A stretch of 63,128 nucleotides of DNA, taken from contig JAMCTH010000007.1 of NCBI GenBank assembly GCA_023379025.1, positions 1 through 63,128 on the forward strand. The letters are read 5' to 3'. The notes beneath the pieces are model-generated. The model was not told the origin of the DNA, ran no database searches, and was given only the letters and a program-made list of their open reading frames with translations. This document shows, one piece after another, positions 9,305 through 19,526 of the stretch. The position numbers were made by a program, and so were the translations under genes. The stretch is from Patescibacteria group bacterium. GTDB taxonomy: Bacteria; Patescibacteriota; Microgenomatia; UBA10105; UBA927. How positions within the stretch are numbered: the stretch's first letter is position 1; every line of letters begins with the position of its first letter.

Positions 9305-11131
9305 TCAACTTCCCACTAAGTGGACAAGCGGCTCGATTTTTACGTTCCGATCAATTCCCCATACAGGACTATTAAAAGTTTTTGAGCGCAGGAGCTTCCC
9401 GTTCAGGATTTCTCCAATCTCCCGGGCGGAATACCGTTGTACGTTTTCGAAAATCCGGACGGTCGGATGGTCGAAGACCTGGATGCTTTCCTCCGCTGTG
9501 TCATCGTTGACCGTCAATCCGAGGAAACTGGGGTATGAAGTGAAATCGGCAACGTCACGGTAGCCCAGGGAGCCCGCCAGGAGGAGCCGATACATGGTAC
9601 TCGTCAGCGGATATTTTTCCGTAAGCCGCGGCATGACGGCCCAGATACGCCGGGTGGAGAGGATAATAACATCGCCGTTTGCGAACCGGTCAGCGTAGTA
9701 CGCGAGCTTCTGCGGCGTGTCCGGATCATAAACCGTCAAAAGGTCCCGATTATAGGGGACCGGCGCCATGTCCTGAATCGTAACCGGCAATCCGTCGTTC
9801 CAGTGTTCAGTATAGATTGTCGCGTTGGGCCGGATATGCGTATAAATCCATCGGCTTGCTTCGATACGGGTTTGCGGGCGGATATAGATGGTCCAGTTGG
9901 CCAGTCCCCACCAAGTGTGAAATAAGCCGATAAGCAAATAAACAAATAATCCAACAGGTAAATACGGACGTTTTTTGGAGAGCTTAGCGTATATTTCCAC
10001 AAGAAGCCACGCGGCAGCAATCGTCACGAAGGGTAAAAACGGTACGGTATACCGGTCAAATTTCGTAAACCACGAGCCGACGTATGTGCCGTAGAGAAGG
10101 GGAAAGGCCAGAAATATTCCGAGCCACGGATTTTTTTTACAAAGAAACCGGAGGATGAGCGCCGCAAGCCCGATAAGGCCCAGGACCGGAATGATATCCG
10201 CCTGCCAAAGCATGGTTCTGAACTGGTAGAGATACGGGAGTGTCCCCGTAAACTGGAGCGTATACGGGACAGACGCCGTCCCGAGCGCAACGCCGCTTTC
10301 ATAGCGCATGGACCGGGTAAATCCGTTCCAGTCCAAAAACGTGTAGGGCGACACGACGGTGAACACCATGATTCCCGTCAGAAGGGTCACGAGCATCGGA
10401 AACAGCAGTAACCGGACGTTTTTACCGCGGATTGCCGTCAGGAGGTACGCAACGAAGGGTATCGCAAGATAGGAGACGGCGATCGTTTTGGAGCCGGCAG
10501 CAATACCGATGATGCCTCCGGCAACCAGGGCAGTCCGGATGAGCCGTTTATCCCGGAGAAGCCGCACGGGCCTCATGGCCGAAAGAAGGAGGAGGAGAAA
10601 AAAGACAAGCATGGTTTCCGTCGTGGAAAAATGTGCCTGCTGGACTGCCCACGGTGAGACGGCAATGATAGCCGCCGCAACCAGGCCGACGGCGGGAGAA
10701 AAGTACGCGGCGCCGACAAACGCGATAAGGAGGATACTGACTGAGGACATGACTGCAGAAACGGTGCGGCCGAGGACCGCGATATGCCCCCAGTCGGTCG
10801 TCCATGACGGGTTATGCGTAAGGGCGGAGACGGCATCGGCTATGATGCGGTAGAGGTAGATCGGAAATCCCCCGTAGGCAAAAAATTCCGGATTCATATG
10901 ATCCCAAAATCGAATCCGGGTAACAGCCCAGGAAATGTTGCGCTCATCAGGATGGAACGCATGAAACTGATCCCAGTTGCTATTGGTGAAGCGAAGCATT
11001 GTGCCGACGAAAACAATACCGGCAAGAAGCGGCCACGTTTTTTGAAAAGCCCGGCAGAGGTCGGTTTGAACAGAGTTCCGGACGATCCGCCGGAGAGCGG
11101 AGCTTAGTAGTTTCTTTTTCCCGTGAACCAT
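9305..11131 (-). CDS. GT-C-fold glycosyltransferase-like membrane protein (PMT_2/ArnT-like)
   Basis: Polytopic membrane protein with an early-loop acidic motif, FHAFHPDERNISWAV. The start is taken at M13 (MVHGKKK), 5 nt after the upstream stop. The track ORF start at 11167 would overlap the upstream gene by 32 nt. Confidence 0.72.
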   Translation of the reverse strand: MVHGKKKLLSSALRRIVRNSVQTDLCRAFQKTWPLLAGIVFVGTMLRFTNSNWDQFHAFHPDERNISWAVTRIRFWDHMNPEFFAYGGFPIYLYRIIADAVSALTHNPSWTTDWGHIAVLGRTVSAVMSSVSILLIAFVGAAYFSPAVGLVAAAIIAVSPWAVQQAHFSTTETMLVFFLLLLLSAMRPVRLLRDKRLIRTALVAGGIIGIAAGSKTIAVSYLAIPFVAYLLTAIRGKNVRLLLFPMLVTLLTGIMVFTVVSPYTFLDWNGFTRSMRYESGVALGTASVPYTLQFTGTLPYLYQFRTMLWQADIIPVLGLIGLAALILRFLCKKNPWLGIFLAFPLLYGTYVGSWFTKFDRYTVPFLPFVTIAAAWLLVEIYAKLSKKRPYLPVGLFVYLLIGLFHTWWGLANWTIYIRPQTRIEASRWIYTHIRPNATIYTEHWNDGLPVTIQDMAPVPYNRDLLTVYDPDTPQKLAYYADRFANGDVIILSTRRIWAVMPRLTEKYPLTSTMYRLLLAGSLGYRDVADFTSYPSFLGLTVNDDTAEESIQVFDHPTVRIFENVQRYSAREIGEILNGKLLRSKTFNSPVWGIDRNVKIEPLVHLVGS

Positions 11132-11135
11132 ACCA

Positions 11136-12407
11136 TTAGCGTGCTGCGTCAATTGCACGTGCTGCATTCTTTCCTAATTCTACCGCATAGTTCGTTCCGC
11201 GGTCCCAGGGGTAGATACTGTCAAGATTGGCGAGGAAAATCCCCGGAATCGGGGTAGCCAGGGTCGGCGCCCTACGGGAATAGTGCAGTTCGTGCACCGG
11301 CTGGGCGGCATAGCCGATAAACCGATGCATGGATACGACGCTCGTTTCGGAAAACCGGGGAGTAAGCCGCTTGAGGGACGGGACATATGCCCGAAACAGC
11401 TGTTGTGCGCTTACGGAGAGGAGCGGGTGGTCCTGCGGGAGGTAATTGCCGACGTAGGTTATGTGGTGATTGCCGTAGTGACGTTTATCGATGAAGTTCG
11501 TGTGCGCGACGACCGCAAGGAACGGATAGGAACGGTCCGTGATGTTGAGCCAATAGGTGCGTCTCATGATGGGCTGTTTGGTCTCAAGTACGAGCGTGAC
11601 CGCATGAAGATGCGGTATGGGAGTTGGGTATGAGAGTGGCAGAAGGCGAGCTGCAATTGCAGTCGGAACCGTAAGGAGGATACGGTCAGCCGTATGTCGT
11701 CCGTTACGGTTGGTCGTGAGGATAAATGATCCGGACCGTTTCTCCGGGAAAACCTTCGTAACGACACAATTGGCCGAGATGACTCCTCCTGAAGATTGGA
11801 TCCTGCGTTCAAGCGTATTGATGAGCGTTTGAAATCCTCCCGAGAGGTACATAAGCCGTGATGTGCGTTTATGGATCCGTGCCCAGAACCATGAGGCGGC
11901 GACCAGATTGCTGTATCCGCCGAATTTTCCCTGCAGAAGCGGTTCCCAGATGACCCGCCAGGCTTCGTTGCCTCCGACAATCCTGATGAGCGACTGGGCG
12001 CTCAGTGACTCAAGCGGCTGCCAGAACGGGTTCAGTTTCAGCAACCCAAGAAGGAGGGCGGTGCGGACTTTATCGACCGGGGAGAGCGCGGGAAACAGAA
12101 GGAGGTGACGTCCGGAGTCGAGCTGGTACGGCAGGTCATGCCAGAGGGTAGCAGTGACCGGCCGTTTCAGGATAATTTTTTCGGAGAGACCAATATCCCG
12201 AAGGAGCGTGAGCATCGCACGATCGTTGGTAAACCAATGATGATAGGACTGTTCGAGCGGCCAACTCCAATTGGCTTCCTTAAACCCTGCCGCAAGGCCC
12301 CCGAGCACTGCATTTTTTTCAAAAAGCATGACGGAGTGGCCCTTTCCGGTGAGCTCATATGCGGCACTCAGGCCGGTCATGCCGCCGCCGATGATCGCGA
12401 TGCGCAT
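11136..12407 (-). CDS. NAD(P)/FAD-dependent oxidoreductase (amine-oxidase / UDP-galactopyranose-mutase-like Rossmann fold)
   Basis: N-terminal dinucleotide fold MRIAIIGGGMTGLSAAYELTGKGHSVMLFEKNAVLGGLA. SYHHWFTND resembles the HxFHTND string of Glf. This is a family-level call only. Confidence 0.8.
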   Translation of the reverse strand: MRIAIIGGGMTGLSAAYELTGKGHSVMLFEKNAVLGGLAAGFKEANWSWPLEQSYHHWFTNDRAMLTLLRDIGLSEKIILKRPVTATLWHDLPYQLDSGRHLLLFPALSPVDKVRTALLLGLLKLNPFWQPLESLSAQSLIRIVGGNEAWRVIWEPLLQGKFGGYSNLVAASWFWARIHKRTSRLMYLSGGFQTLINTLERRIQSSGGVISANCVVTKVFPEKRSGSFILTTNRNGRHTADRILLTVPTAIAARLLPLSYPTPIPHLHAVTLVLETKQPIMRRTYWLNITDRSYPFLAVVAHTNFIDKRHYGNHHITYVGNYLPQDHPLLSVSAQQLFRAYVPSLKRLTPRFSETSVVSMHRFIGYAAQPVHELHYSRRAPTLATPIPGIFLANLDSIYPWDRGTNYAVELGKNAARAIDAAR

Positions 12408-12479
12408 GACACGATTGTACCATTACCCGCCGCTTTTCTATCCGCATATCCGCTTGTGCCGGAGTATACTGGAGAACAT

Positions 12480-14828
12480 ATGGGTTCCGACGTGGTTTCA
12501 GTGATCCGATGGTGGGGCGCGCTCTTTTTGATCGGCGCTGCGGCATATCCTCTGACCAGGCGGCTTTTTTCGGACAGGGAGGTCTGGCCTGACGGCGGAT
12601 ATTTTTTTTCGAAAGCCGCCGGCATGGCAGCCGTGACCTTCCTGGTTTACGTATTCGGTACGCTCCATCTTTTCCCGTTTACCCTCATGACGGTCCTTTT
12701 TGCGGTTGCTTCGGTATTTCTTTTCGGGAATCTGCTATCGCTGGGCACCAGGTCGGGTAAACGGGAGTCCCATGAGTTATTCCGGGCGGCCGGCAGAATT
12801 TTCGGTGAAGAAGTGTTTTTTCTCTCGGCCCTTCTTTTCTGGACCTGGATCAAGGCGCACGAACCCAGTATCCATGGTTTGGAAAAATTCATGGATTTCG
12901 GATTTACGAAATCCATTCTTGATAGCAGATACTTCCCCCCGCGTGATATGTGGTACGCGGGATTTCCCATGAATTACTATTACTTCGGCCACATGGGTAT
13001 GGCGACCCTGACGCGGCTGTCAGGACTTCCCCTGACGGTTACGTTTAATCTCATGCTCGCGTCCCTCTTTGCCCTGACGATGACCATGAGTTTTGCGATA
13101 GGGAGCATGCTCCAGCGCCTCCGGTCCCGGCAGGATGCAGCCCCCCGCCGCGGCATTCTGACGTTTATCGGGGGTGTGCTGACGGGGTTTCTCGTAACGC
13201 TTGCCGGGAATATGCAGACGATATACGCATTTACCCGCGGCTACAGCGGCGATCAGGTGAAGCCCTTTTGGCAGCTCCTGTGGCCGCTTGGTCAGTTCTT
13301 CCAAAAGCTTCCCGAAGGGCTCAGCCGGTATTGGTATGCCGATGCCACGCGGTTTATCCCCTATACAATCCATGAGTTTCCGAGCTACTCGTTCGTTGTC
13401 TCCGATGTCCACGGGCACGTTCTGTCGCTCCCGTTCGTTCTTCTGGCAATTGCGCTCATCCTGACCATGACGCTTGGCCGGGGGAGTCGGGAAGAGGAAA
13501 AACAGCGCGCGCGGTATCGTTCCTTCCGGGACATCGCCAACCACCTTCCTGCCTTTGTGTCTTCCCGTATGCGGTTTATCTTCTACGGGTTCTTGGCTGC
13601 TGTACTTCTGATGACCAATGCCCTGGACGGGCCCATCTATGTCGGGCTGCTGTGTATCGTGATGTTGGCCGAATATATCGTGGTGTACCGAAGTAAGCGC
13701 CAATCACCGGCGTCACTTCTCGGCGCGTTTCTCCTCATGGGTGGTGCCGCCGCGGCATCCAGCATGCCGTTCCTTTTTCATTTTTCCTCCTTCGTACACG
13801 GTCTGGCCGTCAATTGTCCTCCGGCAGCGCTCGCCAATACGCATATCGGGCCCCTGCTGTTTGAAGGAGTTGAGAAATGCCAGCATTCACCGCTCTGGAT
13901 GCTCATGCTGTTATGGGGGTTTTTTGTGTTTTGCGGGGTGAGCCTCATGATTGCCGCGGCACCGCGGTCATCGGACCGCCCGAGGCACGGATCCGTCTGG
14001 GAACGCATTCCCGTATGGTTTCGCGAAATACCTCCGGTCGAGCGGGTATTGATCGTATTTTTCTTTTTTGCGCTTCTTCTCATCCTGTTTCCGGAGTTTT
14101 TTTACTTTAAGGACATCTATCCCATGCATTTCCGCAGTAATACGATGTTTAAGCTCGGATATCAGGCGTTTATCCTGTTTTCGATCGTCAGCGGGTACGC
14201 GATCGTGACCATCATGACCGGAGGCAGACGCAATAGCCCGCGGCAGGCCGGATTGGGCAGGGCAGGGAAAACGGTCTTTACCGTCTTCCTGATCCCGCAG
14301 CTTTTTCTTGTGTCTCTCTATCCCATGTTCAGCGTCCGGAGCTATTTTGACAGTCTCAGAACCTATCGGGGGATTGAGGGGATGGGGTGGATGCGGGAAG
14401 AATATCCCGATGATTATGCCGCGGTCACCTGGCTCAATACCCATGCAACCTGCGATGCCGCCCGTTCTGCCTGCGCCCACCCGCCGGTACTCGTGGAAGC
14501 AGACGGGGACAGTTACACGGATTTTGCCCGGTTTTCCGCGTTTACCGGAATTCCCGCCGTTATCGGATGGCCGGTACATGAATGGTTATGGCGCGGCAGT
14601 TATGACGCGGTTGCTCCGCGCCGGCAGGATGTGACGACAATATATCAAAGTCCGAACCTTGCCGTAACGCGTACGCTTCTTGCAAAATACCGCGTGACCT
14701 ATGTCATTGTCGGAACGCTGGAACGCCGGAAATATCTGCCGCTTGAAGAGTGGAAATTTGCGGCACTCGGAACCCCGGTGTTTCATGCCGGTTTGACGGA
14801 TGTGTACCGCATTTCGGGAGAATACTAG
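12480..14828 (+). CDS. DUF2298 / 'Chlor_Arch_YYY' family polytopic membrane protein
   Basis: The diagnostic motif is PMNYYYFGHMG, with many TM segments. The start is reassigned to the ATG at 12480 (MGSDVVSVIRWWG) because the track's upstream extension overlaps the opposite-strand oxidoreductase. Confidence 0.75.
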   Translation: MGSDVVSVIRWWGALFLIGAAAYPLTRRLFSDREVWPDGGYFFSKAAGMAAVTFLVYVFGTLHLFPFTLMTVLFAVASVFLFGNLLSLGTRSGKRESHELFRAAGRIFGEEVFFLSALLFWTWIKAHEPSIHGLEKFMDFGFTKSILDSRYFPPRDMWYAGFPMNYYYFGHMGMATLTRLSGLPLTVTFNLMLASLFALTMTMSFAIGSMLQRLRSRQDAAPRRGILTFIGGVLTGFLVTLAGNMQTIYAFTRGYSGDQVKPFWQLLWPLGQFFQKLPEGLSRYWYADATRFIPYTIHEFPSYSFVVSDVHGHVLSLPFVLLAIALILTMTLGRGSREEEKQRARYRSFRDIANHLPAFVSSRMRFIFYGFLAAVLLMTNALDGPIYVGLLCIVMLAEYIVVYRSKRQSPASLLGAFLLMGGAAAASSMPFLFHFSSFVHGLAVNCPPAALANTHIGPLLFEGVEKCQHSPLWMLMLLWGFFVFCGVSLMIAAAPRSSDRPRHGSVWERIPVWFREIPPVERVLIVFFFFALLLILFPEFFYFKDIYPMHFRSNTMFKLGYQAFILFSIVSGYAIVTIMTGGRRNSPRQAGLGRAGKTVFTVFLIPQLFLVSLYPMFSVRSYFDSLRTYRGIEGMGWMREEYPDDYAAVTWLNTHATCDAARSACAHPPVLVEADGDSYTDFARFSAFTGIPAVIGWPVHEWLWRGSYDAVAPRRQDVTTIYQSPNLAVTRTLLAKYRVTYVIVGTLERRKYLPLEEWKFAALGTPVFHAGLTDVYRISGEY

Positions 14829-14851
14829 TGTTTGGCCTATTCTGGCGAGTA

Positions 14852-14880
14852 TTGACAAGGCAAAGAAAACATGGTTAAAT
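14852..14880 (+). promoter_or_regulatory. Putative extended -10 promoter with a long leader upstream of rho
   Basis: TTGACA (14852-14857), a 17-nt spacer containing TGG, then TTAAAT (14875-14880). The leader to the ATG at 15064 is about 180 nt. Confidence 0.4.
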
Positions 14881-15063
14881 ACACGAGAACAATTGACGTA
14901 CCTCTTGGAAGTGTCGAACGATTTTTCCAAACCGACGAAAAACCTATCAGCATCATGACGATTTGCATCCTTCATGGTATCCGGTAAAGGGGTAAGCATG
15001 GTACAGACGGCACCGGCACGTCCGGCGTCAGACCCTCCTTGACCGACTCTATATCCGTAGCAT

Positions 15064-16689
15064 ATGGCTTTTAAAGCTTCGAAACGTTCACCGCCAAAAA
15101 AACCTGAGCCCGTTCCTGTTGCGGAAGAAGAGGGCGCCGCACCGGTCTCCTCACCCCTGTCCGTAGAGGATGTGGTGGGGGCGGTGGCGGACAGCGCTAA
15201 ACCGGCTTCTTCCGGTTCGGGAACGCGAAGCACGGAACCGGTGCGCGACCGGAAGGCACCTGAGCCGGTTTCCTATGCCGTCCGTCCGTCTTCCGAGCAA
15301 AGAGATATGCGCGGCGGGTTCGGAAGCCACGCGGGAGGCTACACCGGCGGCCGTCCGTTTCACAGCGGGTTCAGGCGGCCGTTCCGTTCCGGTCCGCCCG
15401 GAGGGTACCACAACGGTCATACCAACGGGGACGGTGCCCCCTCACGCTATAGCCTAGAGACGGTCTACGGACAGGACCTGAATCTGCCGACGGAAACGGT
15501 GAAGGGCATCCTTGACTGCATGCCGGAAGGACACGGGTTCCTCCGGCCGAAATTTACCCCGAGCGACCGCGACGTCTATATTTCCCAATCCCAAATCCGG
15601 CGGTTTCTTCTCCGAAACGGCGATATGGTAGAGGGGCAGGCGCGTCCTCCGAAAGATAACGAACGGTACTGGGGGCTCCTCAAGGTAGAAAAGGTCAATG
15701 AGCAATCCGCTGAGGAAATGGGTGAACGGCCGAAGTTCGAAGACCTCGTGCCGATTTATCCCAATAAACTCCTGTCCCTTGAGACCGGGCAGCTTCCGAT
15801 TTCTACACGGATCATTGATCTCGTGGCCCCGATCGGATTCGGCCAGCGCGGGCTTATCGTGTCTCCGCCGAAAGCCGGCAAAACGACGATCCTCAAAGAA
15901 CTCGCGGCAGGAATTTCCGCAAATTATCCGGATGTGCACCTCATGGCAGCGCTTATCGGCGAGCGCCCGGAGGAAGTGACGGATATTTCCAGAAGCGTCC
16001 AGGGTGAAGTACTGGCCAGCAACTTCGATGAATCGCCGTCCGAGCAGACGAGAATCGCGGAAGTTGCTCTTGACCGCGCGAAGAGACTGGTCGAGACGGG
16101 AAAGGATGTCGTCATCCTTCTTGACTCCATCACACGGCTTGCCCGTGCCTATAATCTGGTGGTCAACCCGTCGGGACGGACGCTTTCGGGAGGGTTTGAT
16201 CCGGCGGCGCTTTACCCGGCCAAACGGTTTTTGGGTGCCGCACGGTGCGTGGAAGCAACCGCGAAGCAGGCGGAAGCAGCCCAAGGCGAAACAAAGGATG
16301 AACGGAAGAAACCGGCTGCCCCGGAAAAAGCCAAGCCGCGGAACCGGGTAACGGAGGGCGGATCCCTGACCGTGATCGGGACGGCGCTCATCGACACCGG
16401 AAGCCGGATGGACGACCTTATCTACGAAGAGTTCAAGGGAACGGGCAACATGGAGCTCCATCTGTCGCGCGCCCTTCAGGAACGAAGGATTTTCCCGGCC
16501 ATCGACATCGGCCGTTCCGGTACGCGGCATGACGAACTCCTGCTCGGTGAGGAAAAAATGAAAAAAGTCGGGACCCTCCGGCATATGCTCTCGCTTCTCG
16601 GAGATGAGGAACGCACCCTGATGCTTATCGACCGGCTGACCCGGACCAAAACAAACGACGAATTCCTCGACAGCCTCAATAAAGGCTAA
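15064..16689 (+). CDS. rho: Transcription termination factor Rho (disordered N-terminal extension, insert in the ATPase domain)
   Basis: RNA-binding core GILDCMPEGHGFLRP...YISQSQIRRFLLRNGDMVEG, Walker A PPKAGKTTILKE, ALIGERPEEV, and GGSLTVIGTALIDTGSRMDDLIYEEFKGTGNMELHL. Confidence 0.95.
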   Translation: MAFKASKRSPPKKPEPVPVAEEEGAAPVSSPLSVEDVVGAVADSAKPASSGSGTRSTEPVRDRKAPEPVSYAVRPSSEQRDMRGGFGSHAGGYTGGRPFHSGFRRPFRSGPPGGYHNGHTNGDGAPSRYSLETVYGQDLNLPTETVKGILDCMPEGHGFLRPKFTPSDRDVYISQSQIRRFLLRNGDMVEGQARPPKDNERYWGLLKVEKVNEQSAEEMGERPKFEDLVPIYPNKLLSLETGQLPISTRIIDLVAPIGFGQRGLIVSPPKAGKTTILKELAAGISANYPDVHLMAALIGERPEEVTDISRSVQGEVLASNFDESPSEQTRIAEVALDRAKRLVETGKDVVILLDSITRLARAYNLVVNPSGRTLSGGFDPAALYPAKRFLGAARCVEATAKQAEAAQGETKDERKKPAAPEKAKPRNRVTEGGSLTVIGTALIDTGSRMDDLIYEEFKGTGNMELHLSRALQERRIFPAIDIGRSGTRHDELLLGEEKMKKVGTLRHMLSLLGDEERTLMLIDRLTRTKTNDEFLDSLNKG

Positions 16690-16748
16690 ACGGACCCGGA
16701 GGGGAAGTATTTGCATCTCCTGTCCGCATCTGATACGCTGTTGCACAC

Positions 16749-17828
16749 ATGCGCCGGCATTGGTCAAATTTTACGGGTGACCTCCATGATTGGGCATGGG
16801 GATGGTATGTATACCTCGACAAGAAGCTCTATCGGTTCGGGGGAGGCTTTGAGGCAAAAAAAGCGGCGATCGTCGATATCCTCATGGCGCGGCGCGGCAC
16901 CTACCAGCGGCCGTTTCTGCATTTTTCCCTGGGGGTCCTCTTTATGACCGGGGTTGTTGCCGCCCCGATTCTTGCCGATTCCTATCCCGGATCCATCCCT
17001 TCAACGCTTGCCGATTATACGCCCCCTTCCGCGGTCCTGAGTTCGCTCGATCTTACTGATTACGGAGTACAGACCACCGTGTCGGATAAGCCGCGCGATC
17101 AGGTGATTACCTACACCGTCGTTTCCGGCGACACCCTTGAAAGTCTTTCCAAAAAGTTCGGCGTGTCAGTCGATACCATCCGGTGGGCCAATGACCTCTC
17201 CGATGACAATCTGGCAATAGGAGACCACCTTGCCATCCCGCCGGTGACCGGCATTGTCCATAAGGTTGAGGCGGGGGAGACCGTGTATACGATCGCAAAA
17301 AAATATAAAACCGACGCGCAAAAGATCGTCAACTTTCCGTTTAACGATTTTGCCGATCCGGATACCTTTGCGCTTACCGTCGGCCAGACGCTGATCGTGC
17401 CGGACGGCGTACAGCCGCAGGCACAGCCGATTTATGCCCCGAGCGCCCCTCCGGTTGTTGCCGGCGGGACAGGGCAGCTGATGTGGCCGACCGTCGGCGT
17501 CATTACGCAGTATCCCGTCTGGTACCATATGGCACTTGACATCGCAAACCCGTCCGCCCCGGGCGTTATGGCCGCGGCAGACGGCGTGGTGACGCTTGTG
17601 CAGTACTGGCGCTATGACTACGGGCATCACGTGATTATCGATAACGGCAACGGGTTATCAACACTCTACGCGCATATGACGGACATTTATGTCAAAGTCG
17701 GTGATCGGGTCGCCCGCGGCCAGGTGATCGGGAAAATGGGTTCAACCGGACGCTCCACCGGCACGCACCTCCACTTTGAAGTCCACAGGAACGGCGTCCA
17801 GGTCAACCCCCTGCCGTACCTTAAATGA
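16749..17828 (+). CDS. LysM-domain M23 family metallopeptidase
   Basis: Two LysM repeats (YTVVSGDTLESLSKKFGVSVDTIRWAN; HKVEAGETVYTIAKKYKTDAQKI) and the M23 core GHHVIIDNGNGLSTLYAHM...GSTGRSTGTHLHFEV. Confidence 0.9.
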   Translation: MRRHWSNFTGDLHDWAWGWYVYLDKKLYRFGGGFEAKKAAIVDILMARRGTYQRPFLHFSLGVLFMTGVVAAPILADSYPGSIPSTLADYTPPSAVLSSLDLTDYGVQTTVSDKPRDQVITYTVVSGDTLESLSKKFGVSVDTIRWANDLSDDNLAIGDHLAIPPVTGIVHKVEAGETVYTIAKKYKTDAQKIVNFPFNDFADPDTFALTVGQTLIVPDGVQPQAQPIYAPSAPPVVAGGTGQLMWPTVGVITQYPVWYHMALDIANPSAPGVMAAADGVVTLVQYWRYDYGHHVIIDNGNGLSTLYAHMTDIYVKVGDRVARGQVIGKMGSTGRSTGTHLHFEVHRNGVQVNPLPYLK

Positions 17829-18048
17829 GGATCACCAAAACCCTTTCACTGTGGAACATTCGCTTCGACTGGATACATCCAGGCATTTCCCTGATCTAGT
17901 CTTATCATTTAGGGGCTAATCGGCTCCGTAGTGCTGTTTTCACCGTGAATGGATCGTCCGAATCCTGTATAATATGGATTGTTCCAAACAGAAATACGTA
18001 TATAGAAATGAGCGTAATCATGTGTTTTTTGTCCTTTGGCGTGACGAG

Positions 18049-18121
18049 GGGCCTGTAGCTTAGTTGGTAGAGCGCCGCATTCGCATTGCGGAGATCACCG
18101 GTTCGACTCCGGTCAGGTCCA
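18049..18121 (+). tRNA. tRNA-Ala (anticodon CGC)
   Basis: Acceptor GGGCCTG/CAGGTCC with a G3.U70 pair, anticodon stem CCGCA/TGCGG, loop TTCGCAT, T arm ACCGG-TTCGACT-CCGGT, discriminator A. CCA is not encoded. Confidence 0.9.
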
Positions 18122-18151
18122 CAGGCCAATATTGAAGATAACATTTGTTCC

Positions 18152-18222
18152 GGGCCCGTAGTATACCGGTAGAACGACTCCATGGCATGGAGTAGAAAGG
18201 GGTTCGATTCCCCTCGGGTCCA
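18152..18222 (+). tRNA. tRNA-Ala (anticodon GGC)
   Basis: Acceptor GGGCCCG/CGGGTCC with a G3.U70 pair, anticodon stem ACTCC/GGAGT, loop ATGGCAT, T arm AGGGG-TTCGATT-CCCCT, discriminator A. CCA is not encoded. Confidence 0.9.
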
Positions 18223-18233
18223 CCCAATATTCT

Positions 18234-19526
18234 TTATGATTGTTTGAGAAAATGCAGAACCTGAATATTGAAAAATGGTACGAAATAAATGGTAGTACCT
18301 TCAAACGCTATCTCCTGCGTCAAACTAAGATTGACAATATATGCTTTTAAAACTTTATACTTGGTTAAAAAGGATCTAAAAGAGCGGCTTAGTTCGGGCT
18401 TCTTTAATGTTGCATATTTAACCTCTATAGGTATAACTTCTCCGGCTGTATGTAAAACAAAATCAACTTCCGCCCTGTCCTTGGTTCTCCAAAAATGAAT
18501 ACCGGCAGGCGTGAGCTTGAGGTCTTCTTTTAAAGTATTGAAAACGAAATTTTGAAACAAAAATCCGGCGGACTCATGAGCGATAGTGCCGAATTGATTG
18601 ACTGCGAAGTTGCGAAGCCCCGCATCAACAAAATAGTAGACCGGACTTTTGGTTATCTCTTTTCTGGTATTTTTGAAATACGGCGTAACTTTGCTGATCA
18701 TGTATGTTTTTTCCAGATACCACAAGTACTGTTTCACGGTCTGAACCGAAATTCCGAGCGTATTGGAAAGCTCCGTCAAATGAACGATATTTCCGATTTG
18801 AGAAGCAAGAATTCTGAGTAAAGCGGTGAGACTCTCCGTTTTTTTCAGCCTTAATAGAATGGACATATCTTTCTCTAAGAAACTTTGATAAATATCAGCA
18901 ATTATCGCTCTTTTTTCTTCAACCGCGGGGGCGAGCACTACTTTTGGATATCCTCCGAACGTCAAATACTCATCCAGCAGGGAGGACAACATTTCTCTAT
19001 GAAATTCAAACCCTGTACGTGCCGATGCCGTCAGATCAGTAAAATCAGGATAAAACCGAGATTCGGTTGAAGTGTCATGTTTATAATTTACAAACTCTTC
19101 AAAGCTTATCGTTGAGAGTTCAAAAAGTCTTTTTCTGCCCGGTAATGACTCATGGATTTTTTCTCTTAATTCAAGGCTTCCTGAACCTGAAACAATGAAC
19201 TTATAGGGCAGCTTTTTATCATACAGCCCCTTCAAAAATAATCCGGCATTCTCTTTTCTTTGTATTTCGTCAATGAAAACATATCCTTTTTCATGCCCCA
19301 GTTCATAAGAAATCCGCTGCAACAGTTTCTCTTGAGATTCAAAAAACGGAAGATCCGTAGTGAAGTCAAGATTTAAAAAGATGGTTTTAGCGCCGCTCTT
19401 TTTCAGATCGTCCCTCATGATTTCCATGAGCGTCGTTTTACCGGCCTGACGGGGACCGACGATAAGTGTAATCTCCGGGTTCGGGAGATGGGTTTGCAAT
19501 TGTTTTAACAAAAGCCTGCGTATCAT
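18234..19526 (-). CDS. AAA+ ATPase with C-terminal DUF4143 (COG1373-type)
   Basis: Walker A GPRQAGKTTLME and Walker B-like GYVFIDEIQ, with the typical 430-aa length and layout. It is visibly AT-rich relative to its flanks and ends 12 nt from the tRNA-Ala 3' end. Confidence 0.85.
   Translation of the reverse strand: MIRRLLLKQLQTHLPNPEITLIVGPRQAGKTTLMEIMRDDLKKSGAKTIFLNLDFTTDLPFFESQEKLLQRISYELGHEKGYVFIDEIQRKENAGLFLKGLYDKKLPYKFIVSGSGSLELREKIHESLPGRKRLFELSTISFEEFVNYKHDTSTESRFYPDFTDLTASARTGFEFHREMLSSLLDEYLTFGGYPKVVLAPAVEEKRAIIADIYQSFLEKDMSILLRLKKTESLTALLRILASQIGNIVHLTELSNTLGISVQTVKQYLWYLEKTYMISKVTPYFKNTRKEITKSPVYYFVDAGLRNFAVNQFGTIAHESAGFLFQNFVFNTLKEDLKLTPAGIHFWRTKDRAEVDFVLHTAGEVIPIEVKYATLKKPELSRSFRSFLTKYKVLKAYIVNLSLTQEIAFEGTTIYFVPFFNIQVLHFLKQS

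Noticed and set aside
12105-12479. N-terminal extensions proposed by the ORF track: 12105 for the YYY protein, and similarly 30207, 34129, 51515, 40020, 11167 and 33370.
   Set aside because: The extensions overlap neighbouring genes or promoters and lack hydrophobic or signal character. Internal ATGs give tight operon junctions or sit right behind promoter hexamers.
15454-16767. A 437-aa ORF on the minus strand, opposite rho.
   Set aside because: The plus strand encodes an unmistakable Rho with all core motifs. The antisense ORF is Arg/Gly/Pro-rich low-complexity sequence, as expected from stop-poor GC-rich DNA.
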